From Anolis carolinensis (taxonomy: Eukaryota), in contig NC_085842.1 of NCBI RefSeq assembly GCF_035594765.1, forward strand, positions 276,009,749 to 276,073,748: a stretch of 64,000 nucleotides of DNA. Direction: 5' to 3'. The position numbers and the translations under genes are program-made. Of the stretch, positions 1 through 13,300 are shown piece after piece. Numbering within the stretch: the stretch's first letter is position 1; each line of letters opens with the position of its first letter. The notes under the pieces are model-generated. The model did not search any database and had not been told where the DNA came from. It was given only the letters and a program-made list of their open reading frames with translations.

Positions 1-2044
1 AGTTTTACTGTCTCTGCTGTCAGTAGATAAGAAATATGGTTTTAAATTAATGTATTAGTGCATGATTTTAAGATGATCCCATTCCTAAAAAATACTGCTA
101 AAAAGAATATATTGTTGTAATACATTTTCTATAGCAAATAATTTCCTCACATGAAAGAATTAAATTTATTCTCCTAGCCAAAGGAAAAAGACAAATTCTC
201 AAAATGCAGTCAGAACAGATCCAGGTAATTTCATTTTCCTTCTCGAGAATGACCACTGCTGCCCCACTTCCAGTCTTCCAGGCCAATGCCCACGACTCCT
301 CCCAAAATACTGAAGACTGGAAATAGCTACAGTCCACCTTCTCTCAACTACAAAATGAAAGGATCTTCGATGGGGAAAGAAATAATGCAAAGAGCTATGA
401 AAAGTTAAGTTTTGGGCCACATCTCCCAGAAGCCCCTGGTCAGAATGGTCAATATACTACAACAAATATATATTTTCCATGCCCTGTTCATAAACTAGCA
501 GAGCCTACCACTAAACACTACCACAAAGAGATAGCAGATAAGTCGTCTCATTATGCAAAACTTTCTGTAAACAAAGTCAAGAAAACCTCCAGAAACTTAA
601 ATTTAGAAGGGTCTGTGAATAATTGTGTAGTCACTGCACAGCATTAAACACATTTCAGTGAGGTTTTTTAAATGGCAACCTTTACAGATTGTTTCACACG
701 TTTATAAAAGAGGCTTATGTGTCAAAAAGAATTTCTTTTCTAAGAAATAATCTTTGCAAAAGTTCCCGTTCCAGGCTCCAGTTTGCACAGCTGAACGAAA
801 AGAGAGCCAAGAGCTACAACAAAAATAAATTTACACATTTAAAAATACAACTTATTGCCTAACATTTTTTGTACATTAATCTTCAGTCATACTTGTTTGT
901 ATAATGGCCTTCATGCTGCACCCAACAGCTAGATTAACGAAGTCCATGATACTGGGTTAAAAGCAAGCAGAACTCAATATTAATGTACTAAGGAAATATT
1001 AATGCTTTAATTTTGCTACCTATACAATCTTGCAATGACTTCAAATAGCAGCAGATAAATGAAGAAAAATGAAGGCACATTCTTTGCAGAAACTCATTAA
1101 ATGTTCACTTCCTTGCCCCCTGAGGGAATCCAATAGCCCACGGAAAAAACAAATATTATGAAACAGGCCTTAGACAATTTTGACTTCAAGACATTTGACC
1201 ATCTGTAGCACACAGTATTGAATGAGCTGCCAGATTATTTTAGTGACCTAATGTACTTTCCCAAGCACAAGATCAAATTGTTCCAAGATGAGCCAATTGA
1301 AAATGAACAATATGCAGCAGATTGGTTGTTCTACTAGAAACCCCAAAAGAATTGGTTAAATCCAAAAAATACCGTCCCACAAGAAATTGTCTGCTTGAAA
1401 GTCTGCTCTCCACTCAGCAAAGACTTAAAGCCAATATGTTTGTAACCCAGGCGACCCATTTTGGAAGAAGGAGAGCTGCTAGAGAAGAAATGTTGGAATT
1501 GTGCTAGTGTGAGCCATGTATGTAATGATCTCAGTAAAGGATTAGGATGTAGCAGCAGCAAGAGAAGGGTGTCAGTTCTGTGCTACCTGGCTACTGGGAG
1601 GGGATCCTCAGCCCAAAGGCACTTTGGAAGGATTGATTCAAATGGCACAGTCCTCCAATTATTGTTGAACTACAGTTCCTAGCATTCCTCCTCACTGGCC
1701 AAGCTGGCTTAAGACTCTGGCATGCCAATAGTATTTTGAAAGATGTTTGAGCCCCATAGTCATCTGTGGCATAGGATAGATAACTGCCTAAGTCATACCC
1801 TTCAGAGTATCTTGGCTGTGGGGACGACTCACCACACATGAAAGCCAGGGATTTGGAATATAGACTGTAAGGGCTGGAAGCTTTCTGCTACTGCCACCTT
1901 TGTCACATTTTTACTGCTGCTGATGTACCTGCAGCTTTTTCATTCTGGTTGCCAGTGTGCCTTCAGTTGTCTGAGCTGCTGCTGGCACTATTGAGAAAGC
2001 TACATAATTCAAAGGTGCTACTGTATTTTTAAAAGTATTTTCAT

Positions 2045-3190
2045 GCTAAATCAGACTAACATGGCTATTTTGTAAATATCTGTTCAGGGTGTTTGGCAAT
2101 TTAACCTGATTTTCCTTGTATGTTCCAGATTCAATGTGTGTAGCCACCTAGCCGGTCTCAGGACTGCTTCCAATGGATGCAACCATAAGGGGATTTTTGG
2201 CTCTATCCCCTTCTTATACCTTTTCCATGTTGCTAAAAGGTTGGCTCTTATTATACGTGCATTAAATCCTTTATTCACCCTGTCCTTTTCATTCCAGATA
2301 GGCATGCCATCTATATCTTAAATTATGACCCTCTAGCTTAAGTATCTCCTTATTATCCAGTTTAATCCAATCCTTTAGCCAGCTAAAATCTGCAGCTTCA
2401 TAATAGTATGTGAGATCTGGCAACACCAGGCCTCCCTCTGTCTTTCACATCAATAAGGTTCCGGTAGGCCAGTGATGGGCAACCTTTTGAGCTTGGTGTG
2501 TCAAAATTCGCCAAAAAACCAAGCATAACTTGTGTGGTGTGTCACTTTTAGAAAAACCCCATAATTTTGCGATATTTATAGCTTGAATAACAAAAATGTA
2601 TAATTGTAACAATATTTAATACAGTGTTCCCTCACTTATGGTGGGGGTTACGTTCCACGCCCACTTTGGAGGCCGGTGGCGGCTCTCACTCCCTTTCCTC
2701 AGCTCCTCTTCCCTTCCCTCGCTATGCCTGGATGACGCTCCCCCTCCTTTTCCGCTCCCTCATCCGGGGCTTTGGCCACTCCCCCCGAACTGAGGCAGTG
2801 GCCTGGCCTGGTGGAGCCACTTTTGCCGCACTAGCGGTGACCGCCACATTACAACAAATGTTTCATCCTCGGCTACTGCAGCTGGCCATGCAGGAGCCAA
2901 GGATGAAACATCCTTCTTGGCACACAGCCGTGTGTCAGCAAAAATGGCTAGGCATGTCAGTGCTGACACGCGTGTCATAGGTTCGTCATCACTGCTGTAG
3001 GCGATTCTGGCTTTTTTTGCCTTTCCAAATGTATTGGACCAGATTTTTCTTCCATTTTTCAAAAACCTTTACCCTCTTGGTAATCTGTAAATTTTGAAAC
3101 AGAAACAACATTTTGGGTAGAACCATCATTTATATCACTGCTACCCTTCCAAACGAGATAAATTGAAGTCTTTGCCAATTGTTTTATATT
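2045..3190 (-). mobile_element. L1-clade LINE ORF2 fragment, split by a hAT MITE
   Basis: MMVLPKMLFLFQNL...YIWKGKKARI then LVLPDLTYYYEAA..WLKDW, with stops and frameshifts. Confidence 0.8.
2470..2994. mobile_element. hAT non-autonomous DNA transposon
   Basis: TIRs CAGTGATGGGCAACCT / CAGTGATGACGAACCT; 8-bp TSD CGGTAGGC/CTGTAGGC. Confidence 0.88.
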
Positions 3191-3662
3191 CTTGTGTTTT
3201 ATTGAAATTATGTTTGTTATTTTTGTTATTTTCAACTATGTTTTATTTTAACCTGTGTTTTTGCTTTGATTGATTGTTCGTATTTGTGTTTATGAGAATT
3301 TTGTCCCACATGTAAGCCGCCTGAGTCCCATTTGGGAAATGATGGCAGGGTATAAGAATAAAGTTATTATAAAGTTATTAACTTTCAAGATCTCCTTTGA
3401 TCTCCTACCATATTTTATCATAATTGTCTCACCTGTTGCATTGCCATATGCCGAGAATAATTCTGAGCCTTTACCAGGGCTTCGGCTGCCCTTTTAGCAC
3501 GTTGCTGGGGGGCACCCTTAGGAAAGCCTGGAAGGATAGCAAGCACGTTTTCAACAGTGAACTCTTGGGTCAAGGAACTCTTCAGGACTTCCTGAAAAAC
3601 ATTGGGGAAAAGCTCACTTTACAAAACAATATTTTTTAAAAGATATACATCTCTTCCCATGG

Positions 3663-3864
3663 CCAAAAATAGAAATAGACAACTCTCCTAGATAAAGTTA
3701 AATTCTAGGCAGTGTTAACATATCTGTATAACATGAAATCAGACTTGGATAGACAAATTACATGGGAGGACATTTCTTTTTCTCAATCATTCCCAAAAAT
3801 AGAAACAGATAACCCTCCTAGATAAAGTTAAATTCTAGGCAGTTTTACATATCTGTATAACATG
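3663..3864. repeat. Local direct duplication of about 72 bp (3663-3734 and 3793-3864)
   Basis: ccaaaaatagaaa.aga...cctagataaagttaaattctaggcagt..tacatatctgtataacatg occurs twice. Confidence 0.85.
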
Positions 3865-3939
3865 CTGTGCTTATACATACTGTGGAACCCAATAAACTTT
3901 TATACACATTCCCATGGTACACACTGTTATTTCAGAGTT

Positions 3940-4492
3940 CATATGGTTTGAGGATCCCTTATCTGAAATGTGTGGGACCAGAAGTGTTTTGAAATTATTA
4001 TTTTTTTAATTTTGGAAAAAACTGTATTTGCATATATGTGCATAATGACATCTCTTAGAAATGGGATTTAAATGTAAACACAAAGCTCATTTATGTTCCA
4101 TATATATCTTATAAACATAGCTTGAGGATAATTTTATACACAATCTTTTAAAAGTCTGTGTAATCTGAACTATCAGAAAGCAAAGGTATCACTATCTCAG
4201 CCACCAATTTTGGATTTTGGAGTACAGTTGGCCTGCAATATCTACAGATTCTGTACCCATGAATTCCATCAACCACAGCTTGAAAATATACTGGCCCCCT
4301 CCAAAAAAATCCAAAAGCAAATGTTGTTTTTGCCATTTTATATAAGGGACACTATTTTACTATGTTATTGTATATAATGGGACTTAAACATCCATGGATT
4401 TTGGCATTCACGGGGATATTGGAACTATACCCCAGCAGATACCGGAGACCCACAGTATTTTGGATTTCCAGATAACAAATGGTCAGTCTGTA
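3940..4492. mobile_element. Nested Tc1/Tigger-like MITEs (inner copy about 4224-4456); related outer copy at about 19130-19440
   Basis: TA|CAG...CTG|TA-type ends and shared body sequence between the two loci. Confidence 0.65.
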
Positions 4493-7400
4493 ACTAGTTG
4501 TAATCCCATGTTCCCGTATAACCACATAACTAGTACATTAAGAGTAGTATAAAAGTAAATGACTCAAACTAAAGCCACTGCTACAAGGAATCTGAATAAT
4601 CACTCATCAGTTTCAACAAAGGCTAGTTATTGTTTAGAGAGCAATATAGAAAGATGATATATTTGATTTCTACAAGATGTATTTTGAAATGTTATCAACC
4701 ATTAGAAACATTTCCTATAGCCCTATAAAGAAGGAATCACAGAATGATGTGCCATTAAATAGTAATTATATTCAGAAGTGGTTTTTTTGTACTATTATCA
4801 CATCACACTTTTTTGTAATATATATTTTCTCCATGGAAACTATATAAGCAAGGTTGAAATATGCTAAAAAGACCTAAGCACCTCTTGGGTTTCTCATGAC
4901 AGAATGGTTTCTCTGCTTCATTTGAAATTTATGATGAAACTAAATTCTACAAATACCTTATGAAAATGTAAAATTAATAACAGATGCCCTACAGCAATCT
5001 CTGGAGAAAATATTTTCAGCAAAAGACTGGGAGGAATTAATCAGAAGTTAAAACTCAGAGGTCAATTTAATATAAATCATAGCAAATTATTTTTATCAAT
5101 CGTAATATAAACTTAAATGCTTTTGATGTGAGATAAAAATAGAAAGACCTAATTCTAGACTCTCATGAAAAAAGGTCCATCCAATCCAATCACATTTACT
5201 GGAAAAACTGGCTGTTTTCCCTTCAGGATTCTAGCAGCGTTTTTTCACGGATAACTCACCAGCTTGATTGTAATAATTACTATGCTAAAAGTCAATCTAG
5301 TTAGAAATGTAATAACTGATACAGTTTCACCTTGCTTTTTCTCTCATCTCCTAATTTTCTGTGTAATTCATGTTGGAATTTCAATGTGCTGCAATACAGT
5401 TTGAGCATGAGAGCAATGATACCGTAACATGAACAGTTATGGGAGAGTTGAAGAGCCTGCATCAGTACTGAAAGTTCAAATTAGTAAAATGAGTAAGAGC
5501 ACAAATAGAAAAATGAGCAAAACCAACTATACACTAGTGATGCATCCCTCCTTCACTCATAAGTTAAAAATTGAAAGGAAAGACAATCAACACTTCTACT
5601 AAAACAGAATAGTAGGAAAGCAAAGGGGGATTTTAAAATGAACAGCAGGCAATCTCACAGGTTTGCCTCTCAGTCTATATTCTCTTTGTCTGATGCTACC
5701 TTGTGGGAAAAGAATGGTTTCTCAAAAAACTGATTTCATGTCTACTTTCATAATCATGTTTCTAGTTGGCAGAGTGTGGCTACCTAAAGGTGTGATTTTA
5801 ACGTTACAACTTGAAGTGTAATATAACTAAGCACCAAAGAACAATAGTGGAACTCTGGGTATGATAAGAATAACTATTTCAATTCTGCAACACTATAGAA
5901 AAGAATGAGCAGGTTCTGATATAGTAGAAATATAAAATGTAGCCAACTGTTTAGGAATTCAGATTTGTTATATATTTTAAAAAGTGGTGATGTGTGGGAC
6001 TCGGTGTACTAGTGATCGACTGTCGCCCATTAAAAATAGTTCAAGGTTCTTTTAAATATTTATTTTATAGTACCCCTGTGAAAATTATCCAGTATTACTG
6101 TTCTTTTAAAAGATAAGGCCTTGAGGCTGATGCCTCAGAGACTGTAATTTCCTAGCAGTTAGGTCTACAACTGGCTACAAATCTGAATGCAAACTTTCCA
6201 TGTCAAGTCCAACATTGTGCTTTTTGATTTACATTGAGTCATACATAATATGTCCCTGAAAGTTGGATTTCATTTGTATGCCTCATCAAAAACATGAATG
6301 TCACAAGTTAAAAATGAAAGGGTCTATAAGCTATTACAGTGGCAAGTTACTGCCATCTACAGACTAAAATAGATATCTCCCTTTGTAGAAGATAACCACA
6401 TTTGCTGTTAAAGTCTTAAAAGGCAGAAACCTGCATGTCCTCTTACACTCACTGACTCACCCCATCATATTTTGTGCTTTATGTTACTAATATTTAACTT
6501 CCATAATTTATCTCGACTTCCTTGTCAGTGCTACAATATTACACAAGCTAAGCATGGGACCATATGACTGGGCAGTGACTATTATATTTTAATAAAGCAG
6601 GAGTAATGGGACCTGTTTTCCAGACTGAATTTTTAATCTAACAGACTCATATATTGTTGCTGTCTTATGAAAGAGCTTACTGCCTTACTGGTTTTCCTTC
6701 TCTTTAGCAACAGTTAAGTGTTTGCTGCATTTAGACTGTGTATCCCTTTTCACAGAAAATAATATTTATAAATAACTGTTTTAATTGAAGTTTATATATG
6801 AATAACCAAACTCTTCCATCAAATATAAATAACATAAACATGTTCATTTTGAAGTAAATAAATAAATTTTATATCTGGAGCTGTTCACTCTATAGTTTCT
6901 CGATGAAATATTCACATCTAAGGAAACCTTAACTTTAAACATTCAGTATTCTAGAAGCCAGATGCTTGTTTTCAGTAGATTATGTTGTTTATACTTTAAA
7001 AAAAAAAAAAAAAACCTTATTTAGATTTTAGTAATTTAGAGAACATTTGTGTTTGTTGAGAATAAAACCAACAATTTCTTCCTGTAGGGTCAGTAAAAAG
7101 GATAGAAGCACGTGGCCATCGTAAGCACAGTAATAACTTCCAGAAGCGAGAGAGAGGATGATAAAACATTTTGCAGAACAGTTATTATGACAACCTGCAC
7201 ATGCTGATTTTGATAGTTACACATGATACATTACTTTCCTGAACGTGAAAACACAATTCCTTCATGCATTATCTAAGACAAAATTGCCCCAGGTGGTAGT
7301 ATCTCTAGGGGTACTTGACTACCGAATGAATTTATATTTGTTATATTGAGGCTGTGCTGCCTGAGAAAACATTAACAGAAGAATTGTTAAAATCAATGGC

Positions 7401-8991
7401 TGGGCTGGCTCATGTAACATCACAGTGTCATTGGTTTTTGTTGTTGCTGCTTCTGCTGTTTTTGCCACTCGCAAAGACTATACTGGAAGCCAACAATTAC
7501 TGAATCTCAGAGTGTCTTGCTCCACAGGCTCAAACCTCCTTGCAGACTCCATTTCATTTATTCCCAAATGTCAGCTGCAAGGAGTAAAGCTGAAATATGG
7601 ATGTTGAAAGGGAGATAGAAGGAAACTCAGCCCTAAATAAAGCAGACTGGACATTTAGTCACCTATTTAGGTGACTAAATGAGATTAATTTTATTATTTT
7701 CTTAAAGAACTAGCACAAATTTAGGCCTATACAATAGGCATATAATGACACTATAAACCAGCATCATCCTATAAGGCAAAGCTTTCCAAACATTTCATGT
7801 TTGTGACATGCTTTTTAGACATGCATCATTTTGCAACACAGCAATTCAGCTTTACTAGCAAACCAAAGGTTAAACCACCCCCTTATAAGAGATATAGGCA
7901 CATATATAAATTGTAATAACAAAATGGATGGGGGCATAACATATCCCATGAAAACCTTTCATTTATATTTTTTAAAATATATGATTTATAAGATAATAAT
8001 ATACTATACATTTCCAAGATTTTCCAGGGGGAATATGCGAGGACATCATACTAATTGGCATCTTTGCAACATCAAATTGCAAGCAAGTTGGTATTTTTTT
8101 ATTTCACATAGACTCAGAGGTTTCCTGTTACATTCGCACAACACACTTACACACGGCAGCTGACACATTAATGTATTGTGACATACAGTTTGGAAAGCTC
8201 TGTTATAAACTGAGCTTCAGACACCCTCCATGTACCGGTGAGATGTGTGTTTTACAAACAAAAAATAGCTGGGATAGGAATAGTCCCAACCAATACACCT
8301 CATTTGTACTAGTTACATGTTTCTGGAAAAAGGAAGCTGACAGCTCTTCAAAAGAAATGTTGCACCTCATGCAAACATGCGTTTCAGATACAGAGTGACT
8401 AGAGATTGTATAACACCTTCCGTTATGCATCCACTGCAGGACATAAGCATTTCTATAGCCGCAAATTTTTTAGAATTCTCTCTGGAGCCACAAAAAATCC
8501 CTCAGATTAAGATGATAACAGATTTTTTCCTGTTTAGATGAAGGTTAACCATAATTGCAGGTTCACTCATGGTCAAACAAGGGCTACAACTGCAGAGAAC
8601 TGACCAGTGGCCAGGCTTTTGTACTCGATCCTATCTGAAAAATAGTTAATTTGATAATAGATAAAATGTTTCTAATTCACAGTTGATTGATTACTATCTC
8701 CTGTCCCTAACAGTTCTCAAAAATGAAGTTCAAAAGTGAAATTTGAAAAAAAAATTCAAGTCTCAATTTAGAATAATTCCAGTGCTTGGGCTGCTCATTC
8801 CTTGTGAGTTGTAGTTCAGAAATTCCATTCCCAAATGGACTAGAAATTGTCTGCATCTCCTCACCAAACTGCATGTGTTGATTGTAACCTTGTATATGTT
8901 GCAAATGACTGCTCAACACAGCATAGCTTTCCAATATCTTTGTGTTCGATATACATTTGACCTTTAAGATTCCCAAATCAGTAATAAGACT

Positions 8992-9698
8992 TGTTCTGTC
9001 ACGCGCTGGGCCTGTGACTGACTGTCTGTTATGTAGGACATATGCTTTACGCCCAGCGGGAAGCCAGGGGCCTAAAAGAAGGGTCGTTGAGGAGTTTTCC
9101 TGAAAAGATGGCCTTGAAGTCTTTAAAGAAATAACAAAGTCTTTATTGACGAACAAATAATAAATCTTCAAGGAGTCTTGTCCCACAGGACAGGCGATAG
9201 GCTTTGAATAACTGTGAAAACCCTCTTATAACCCCTCCCAGGCTATCTGTTATCTGGGCCTAGCTAGTCTGGGACCCACTGCCAACTCCAAGTGCGTCTG
9301 GTTGTTGAGTGGACCTACCAGCCAATGGCTTGCAGATGTTTCTGTGCTGTTGTCGTATCCCTGGACAGTCAATATCCCTGGGGTTCTTTAACCTTGGTGC
9401 TCTTTATCCCCGGTGGTCTTTAACCCCGGTGGTCTTTATCCCTGGAGGTCTTTAACCCTGGAGGTCTTTATCCCTGGTATTCTTGAAATAGGAAGCCTTT
9501 TACGGGACGAGTTGGTTTATGTCCTACAGCTGAGCTTCCTAAGAGAGACTAACTTAAAAATGGCTCCTTCCCTCCCAGAGCCCTGAACAGGGGGCAGAAC
9601 CAAACTTAATGGTGACAGACAGGTGGCCTGTCCTATGGCTGCAAACATTTGCAGCAAGAAAGTAAAATAGAAGGTTCTGGTACAGCTGTACCAGCACA
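8992..9698 (-). repeat. 3' LTR of BEL/Pao element
   Basis: Direct repeat of 14729-15435 with three substitutions seen by eye; preceded on the minus strand by purine-rich AGGCCAGGAG (PPT position). Confidence 0.96.
9374..9485. repeat. 16-bp tandem repeat x7 inside BEL LTR (second copy 15111-15222)
   Basis: Units a(t/a)ccc(c/t)gg(t/a)ggtcttt, alternating AT/AA starts. Confidence 0.9.
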
Positions 9699-9771
9699 CT
9701 CCTGGCCTAGATTTCTTAATGATGAGAAATCTACACTAAAACATTAACAAACAAATTTGGCAATGAACTGA

Positions 9772-10326
9772 TTATACGTTCAACAACAACACAATATCAC
9801 AAATTGGTCTGTGTAAAACAGAAACATTGCCATTTTGGCACACTCTTAGTTTTACCTTCCTTACCAATCCGTCCGGACTTGGCAAGGTCTCTACAACTCT
9901 GGCCAAAGGCCACTTGAAACGAGGTAAGGATTTGTCTTTGAGAAGTACAATGTCTCCAACTTGGATGTTGGGTTTAGAGTCTTTCCATTTCCTGCGACTC
10001 TGAAGTTGAGCCAGATACTCTGCCTTCCAGCGTCTCCAGAACTGATTGGCAAGAGTTTGAGTTTGTTTCCAGAGTGCTTTGTGAGATCCTTCGGGGACAG
10101 GATACATTATCTCCTGCCATTCAGATGTCTTTTGAGTTAAAATGGATGCAGGAGTGAGAAGCTGTGGGTTGTCCGAATCTGTGGTGATGGGCACCAATGG
10201 ACGGCTATTTACAATGGCTGTCACTTCTGCCATCAAGGTGACCAAAACATCATGGGTCAAATTTTTACACTTTAAAAACATAGCATTTAAAATTTTTCTA
10301 CATACACCAATCATACGTTCCCACAC
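9772..10326 (-). pseudogene. BEL/Pao integrase C-terminal part, out of frame with the upstream ORF at a G13 run
   Basis: WERMIG, IVNSRPL, LTPASILT, FWRRWKAEYL..LQ.RRKW, WPLARV, DGLVRKV, RPI motifs; C run at 10326-10338. Confidence 0.9.
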
Positions 10327-13300
10327 CCCCCCCCCCCCATGTGAGACGCATGCGGTACATTAAACAGCCATGTAACCTTTTCTGAACTCAAATAACGGTT
10401 GACACTGTGGTCCTTGGCAAACTTAAAAACACAGTCTAACTCTTTGGTAGCCCCAACAAAATTTGTGCTGCAATTGGACCTGATTGTAATACCAATATGG
10501 GTAAAAGGAGGGTCAATCTGGGTTCTATCTGGGGGTAACTCTGACATGAGTTGGCTTTGGCAACTGGCTCTTAGCCTCTTGCATGTAACACATTTGTAAA
10601 TAACACTACTGACCAGCCTTCTAGCATTGACTAGCCAGAAACCTTGATTTCTCAGTGCCCCTTCTGTAAGGGCCCTGCCCTGATGCTGCACCTTGCTGTG
10701 AGCATAACGAACCAGCAAAGTGGCTAAATGGCCTTTAGGGATGATGATGGGGTTTTTGATGTAGTCCGAAAGCTTAGATCTATTTAATCTCCCACCCACT
10801 CTAAGGACTCCCTGAGAGTCTAGAAAGGGGTTCAACAACTTAATACAGCTGTCTTCAGGGAGACTGGCTCCCCTTTGAAGGCAGTCGACCTCTTTTTTAA
10901 ATGTGTCCCTCTGTACAGACCTTAAAATCAAATTTTCAGCCTTTAAAAGGTCTAAGCCTTGGGGATTGCCTCCCTTCTTGTGCACAGCTAAATGGAAGAG
11001 TCTGGCCACCATGCCCTTCAGTGTGGGCCAGCTTGAAAAGCGTTCAAAAATTGATGGATTCAAAGTTCCAAACAGCTTGCTGGGCTCTAGAGATGTGGCT
11101 TTGCAGGACTGAACCTCAGGAAGATCCGGCTCCTCCGTAAATGAAAAAACCTTTGGAAAGTCGGGATTGGCTAGACACTCTGGTCCTGTCAGCCAGGTGG
11201 AACTTAAAGTCTTGTGTGCAGTAGCATCACGAATAGTGATATTTTCAGGGTTGTCATCGGTAGTTAACTCAGATGAAACTCCTTGGCAGCATACAGAGAT
11301 GTGGCTGAGGCAACTCTGCATGAGGGTGACTCTGCCACAGCTGAGAATGTTTGGCTGATCTGGACACAAAGAAGATGGAGGATGCATTCTGTTGACACAT
11401 ACAGGTCCCTGTATGGTCCATCCTAAAGGAGTCTTCTGTGCCAAGGGTGCACCAGGAGGACCTCTCTTTTCAGCCCGGATGCTCATCAGGCTTGGGCAGT
11501 TGGATCCAATGAGCAGGACGATGTCGATGCCCGGCTCAAAGGGAGGAATGAGGTCCTGTAGTCCTTTCAGGTGAGGATGCGCTTGCACCACTTCTCTGGT
11601 AGCAATCTGGTCCTTGTTTCGTGGGATGGACGCACACTCAATAAGGTCAGGTAACTCAAAACGAATGTCTTTGCCACATGGCGAAATGATAAATCCAGAT
11701 GCAACACGGCCCTGTCTTCTTTGTTTGCCCATACAAGTAGAAATACAATAGTCAATAGTCTTTGCCTGCCCTTTGAAGAAGCTGAAGAAGTCAGGGGTGG
11801 CCAGTGAACTGTCACTTTGGTTGTCAAGGGCCACGTACATTCTCTTCTTCATCCATGGCTTGCTGGCGGGATAGACATCTGCCAAACAGATGGGGTGGCA
11901 AATCCTAGTTTTCTTTGGGCTGCCGCACAGCTGGGTGCAAGCCACAGGGGGTGCCTCAGTGCCCAATGAAGGTCCAGCCGAATCTTCTGGATGCACTTCT
12001 GGGGTGCGTTGACTGGTTGCTCCGCTCTTGGCCTTGAGGGGCACAAAATCCTTATCATGCATCGCTGAGCAATGTCTGACGGATTGACATACCTCGCATT
12101 TTACCTCTTCTTTGCATGACTTTGATTGGTGAGGGGTAGCACCACAGCACCTGAAGCAGATCCTGGATTTCTTGAGGATCTCAACTTTGTCTGGGTGAGG
12201 CTTTTTGGCAAACTCTCTGCAGCCGGCCAAACTGTGGGGCTTTGCGTGCAGTGGGCACAAAACTTCTTTTGGTGTCATCTTGGCATCAGGTAGAGATGGG
12301 ATGGTCTCCGTAGTCTTGACGGCGATGTTTCTTTTGGTGTTACTGTCTTTAGCAGGTTTCTTGGTTTCTTTGATGGGCCTATCCGTCCTTGGAGCCCCAT
12401 AAAGAGTTGGAAATCCTGTCTGTGGGTCATTAAGTTGCATGGCAGCATTTGTAACAAAATCCACAAGATGGGTGAATGGTGGGTAGACCTGATGATTGGC
12501 CTGCTTGTATCTGAAGACTTCCCTGCCCCATTCTTCCTGCAAGAAAAAGGGCAGTCTTTGAGTGATGGCAGTTTGGGACAAGTGCTGGTCCAGGCAGGCA
12601 AACCCTGGAAGCTGTGGGTTTCCCTTAGCCGACTGGAGCTCAACCAATAAGTCTGATAGGTCCCAAAGCTGTTCAAAGTCCTTAGGTTTGAGCACCGGGA
12701 ACTTATGAAGTCTGTCCATCAGCGAGGCTTCAATTTGGGTGCTGGACCCATAACGCTGGTTAAGCCTCGTCCATGCAGTGTCCAGTGCTCTTTCTGGTTG
12801 GTCGATGAGGGCTGAGAAGATTCTTCTCACCTGGTGGGCTGATGTTGGACCAAGCCAGGCAACCATAAGAGTTAGTTCCTCCTCAGAGGTGAGTCTTAAA
12901 TTCTGTATGGCACGCTGAAAGGTCTTCTTCCAAAGTAGGAAATCTTCTGGCCTGTCAGAGAATTTCTCCACACCTTTGTCCCTCAAATCCTTCTTCGGGT
13001 TTCTAAACAGAGACTCAAGCTGTGACTGAGGAGTCTGAAGAAACGGAAGGGGTTTTTGGTCAGGGGTAAAGGTGAAGTTCTTCTCAAAACTAGAAGGTCC
13101 CTTCAGAGGAACATCTGTGATCTCAGGTATGGGCGAAACCCTGGTTTCTATTGGCCTCGCAACCTGAGTTGGTGGCTCTGGGCTCCTGGCCCTGGATTCT
13201 TCGACCTGCCTGCGTGGCACGATGACGCTGTCCACCTGCACCAGCTTGTTGTCTTGGAAGCCATCGTGGGCTGGCAGAAGAGGTGTGCTTGGTGGTGTCG

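Noticed and set aside
1180-1560. Possible ancient gag relic with CWNC....H motif on the plus strand
   Set aside because: Several stops, incomplete knuckle and no LTRs; cannot be supported without an HMM search.
1929-1987. Possible downstream exon (ttctcaatag ... CAG|gtacat)
   Set aside because: It has a stop in phase 0, the phase required after exon G, and I found no bridging exon.
8707-9699. ORFs MGQDSLKIYY... and MCWYSCTR..., each present twice
   Set aside because: They are duplicated only because they lie in the LTRs; non-ATG starts and no protein motifs.
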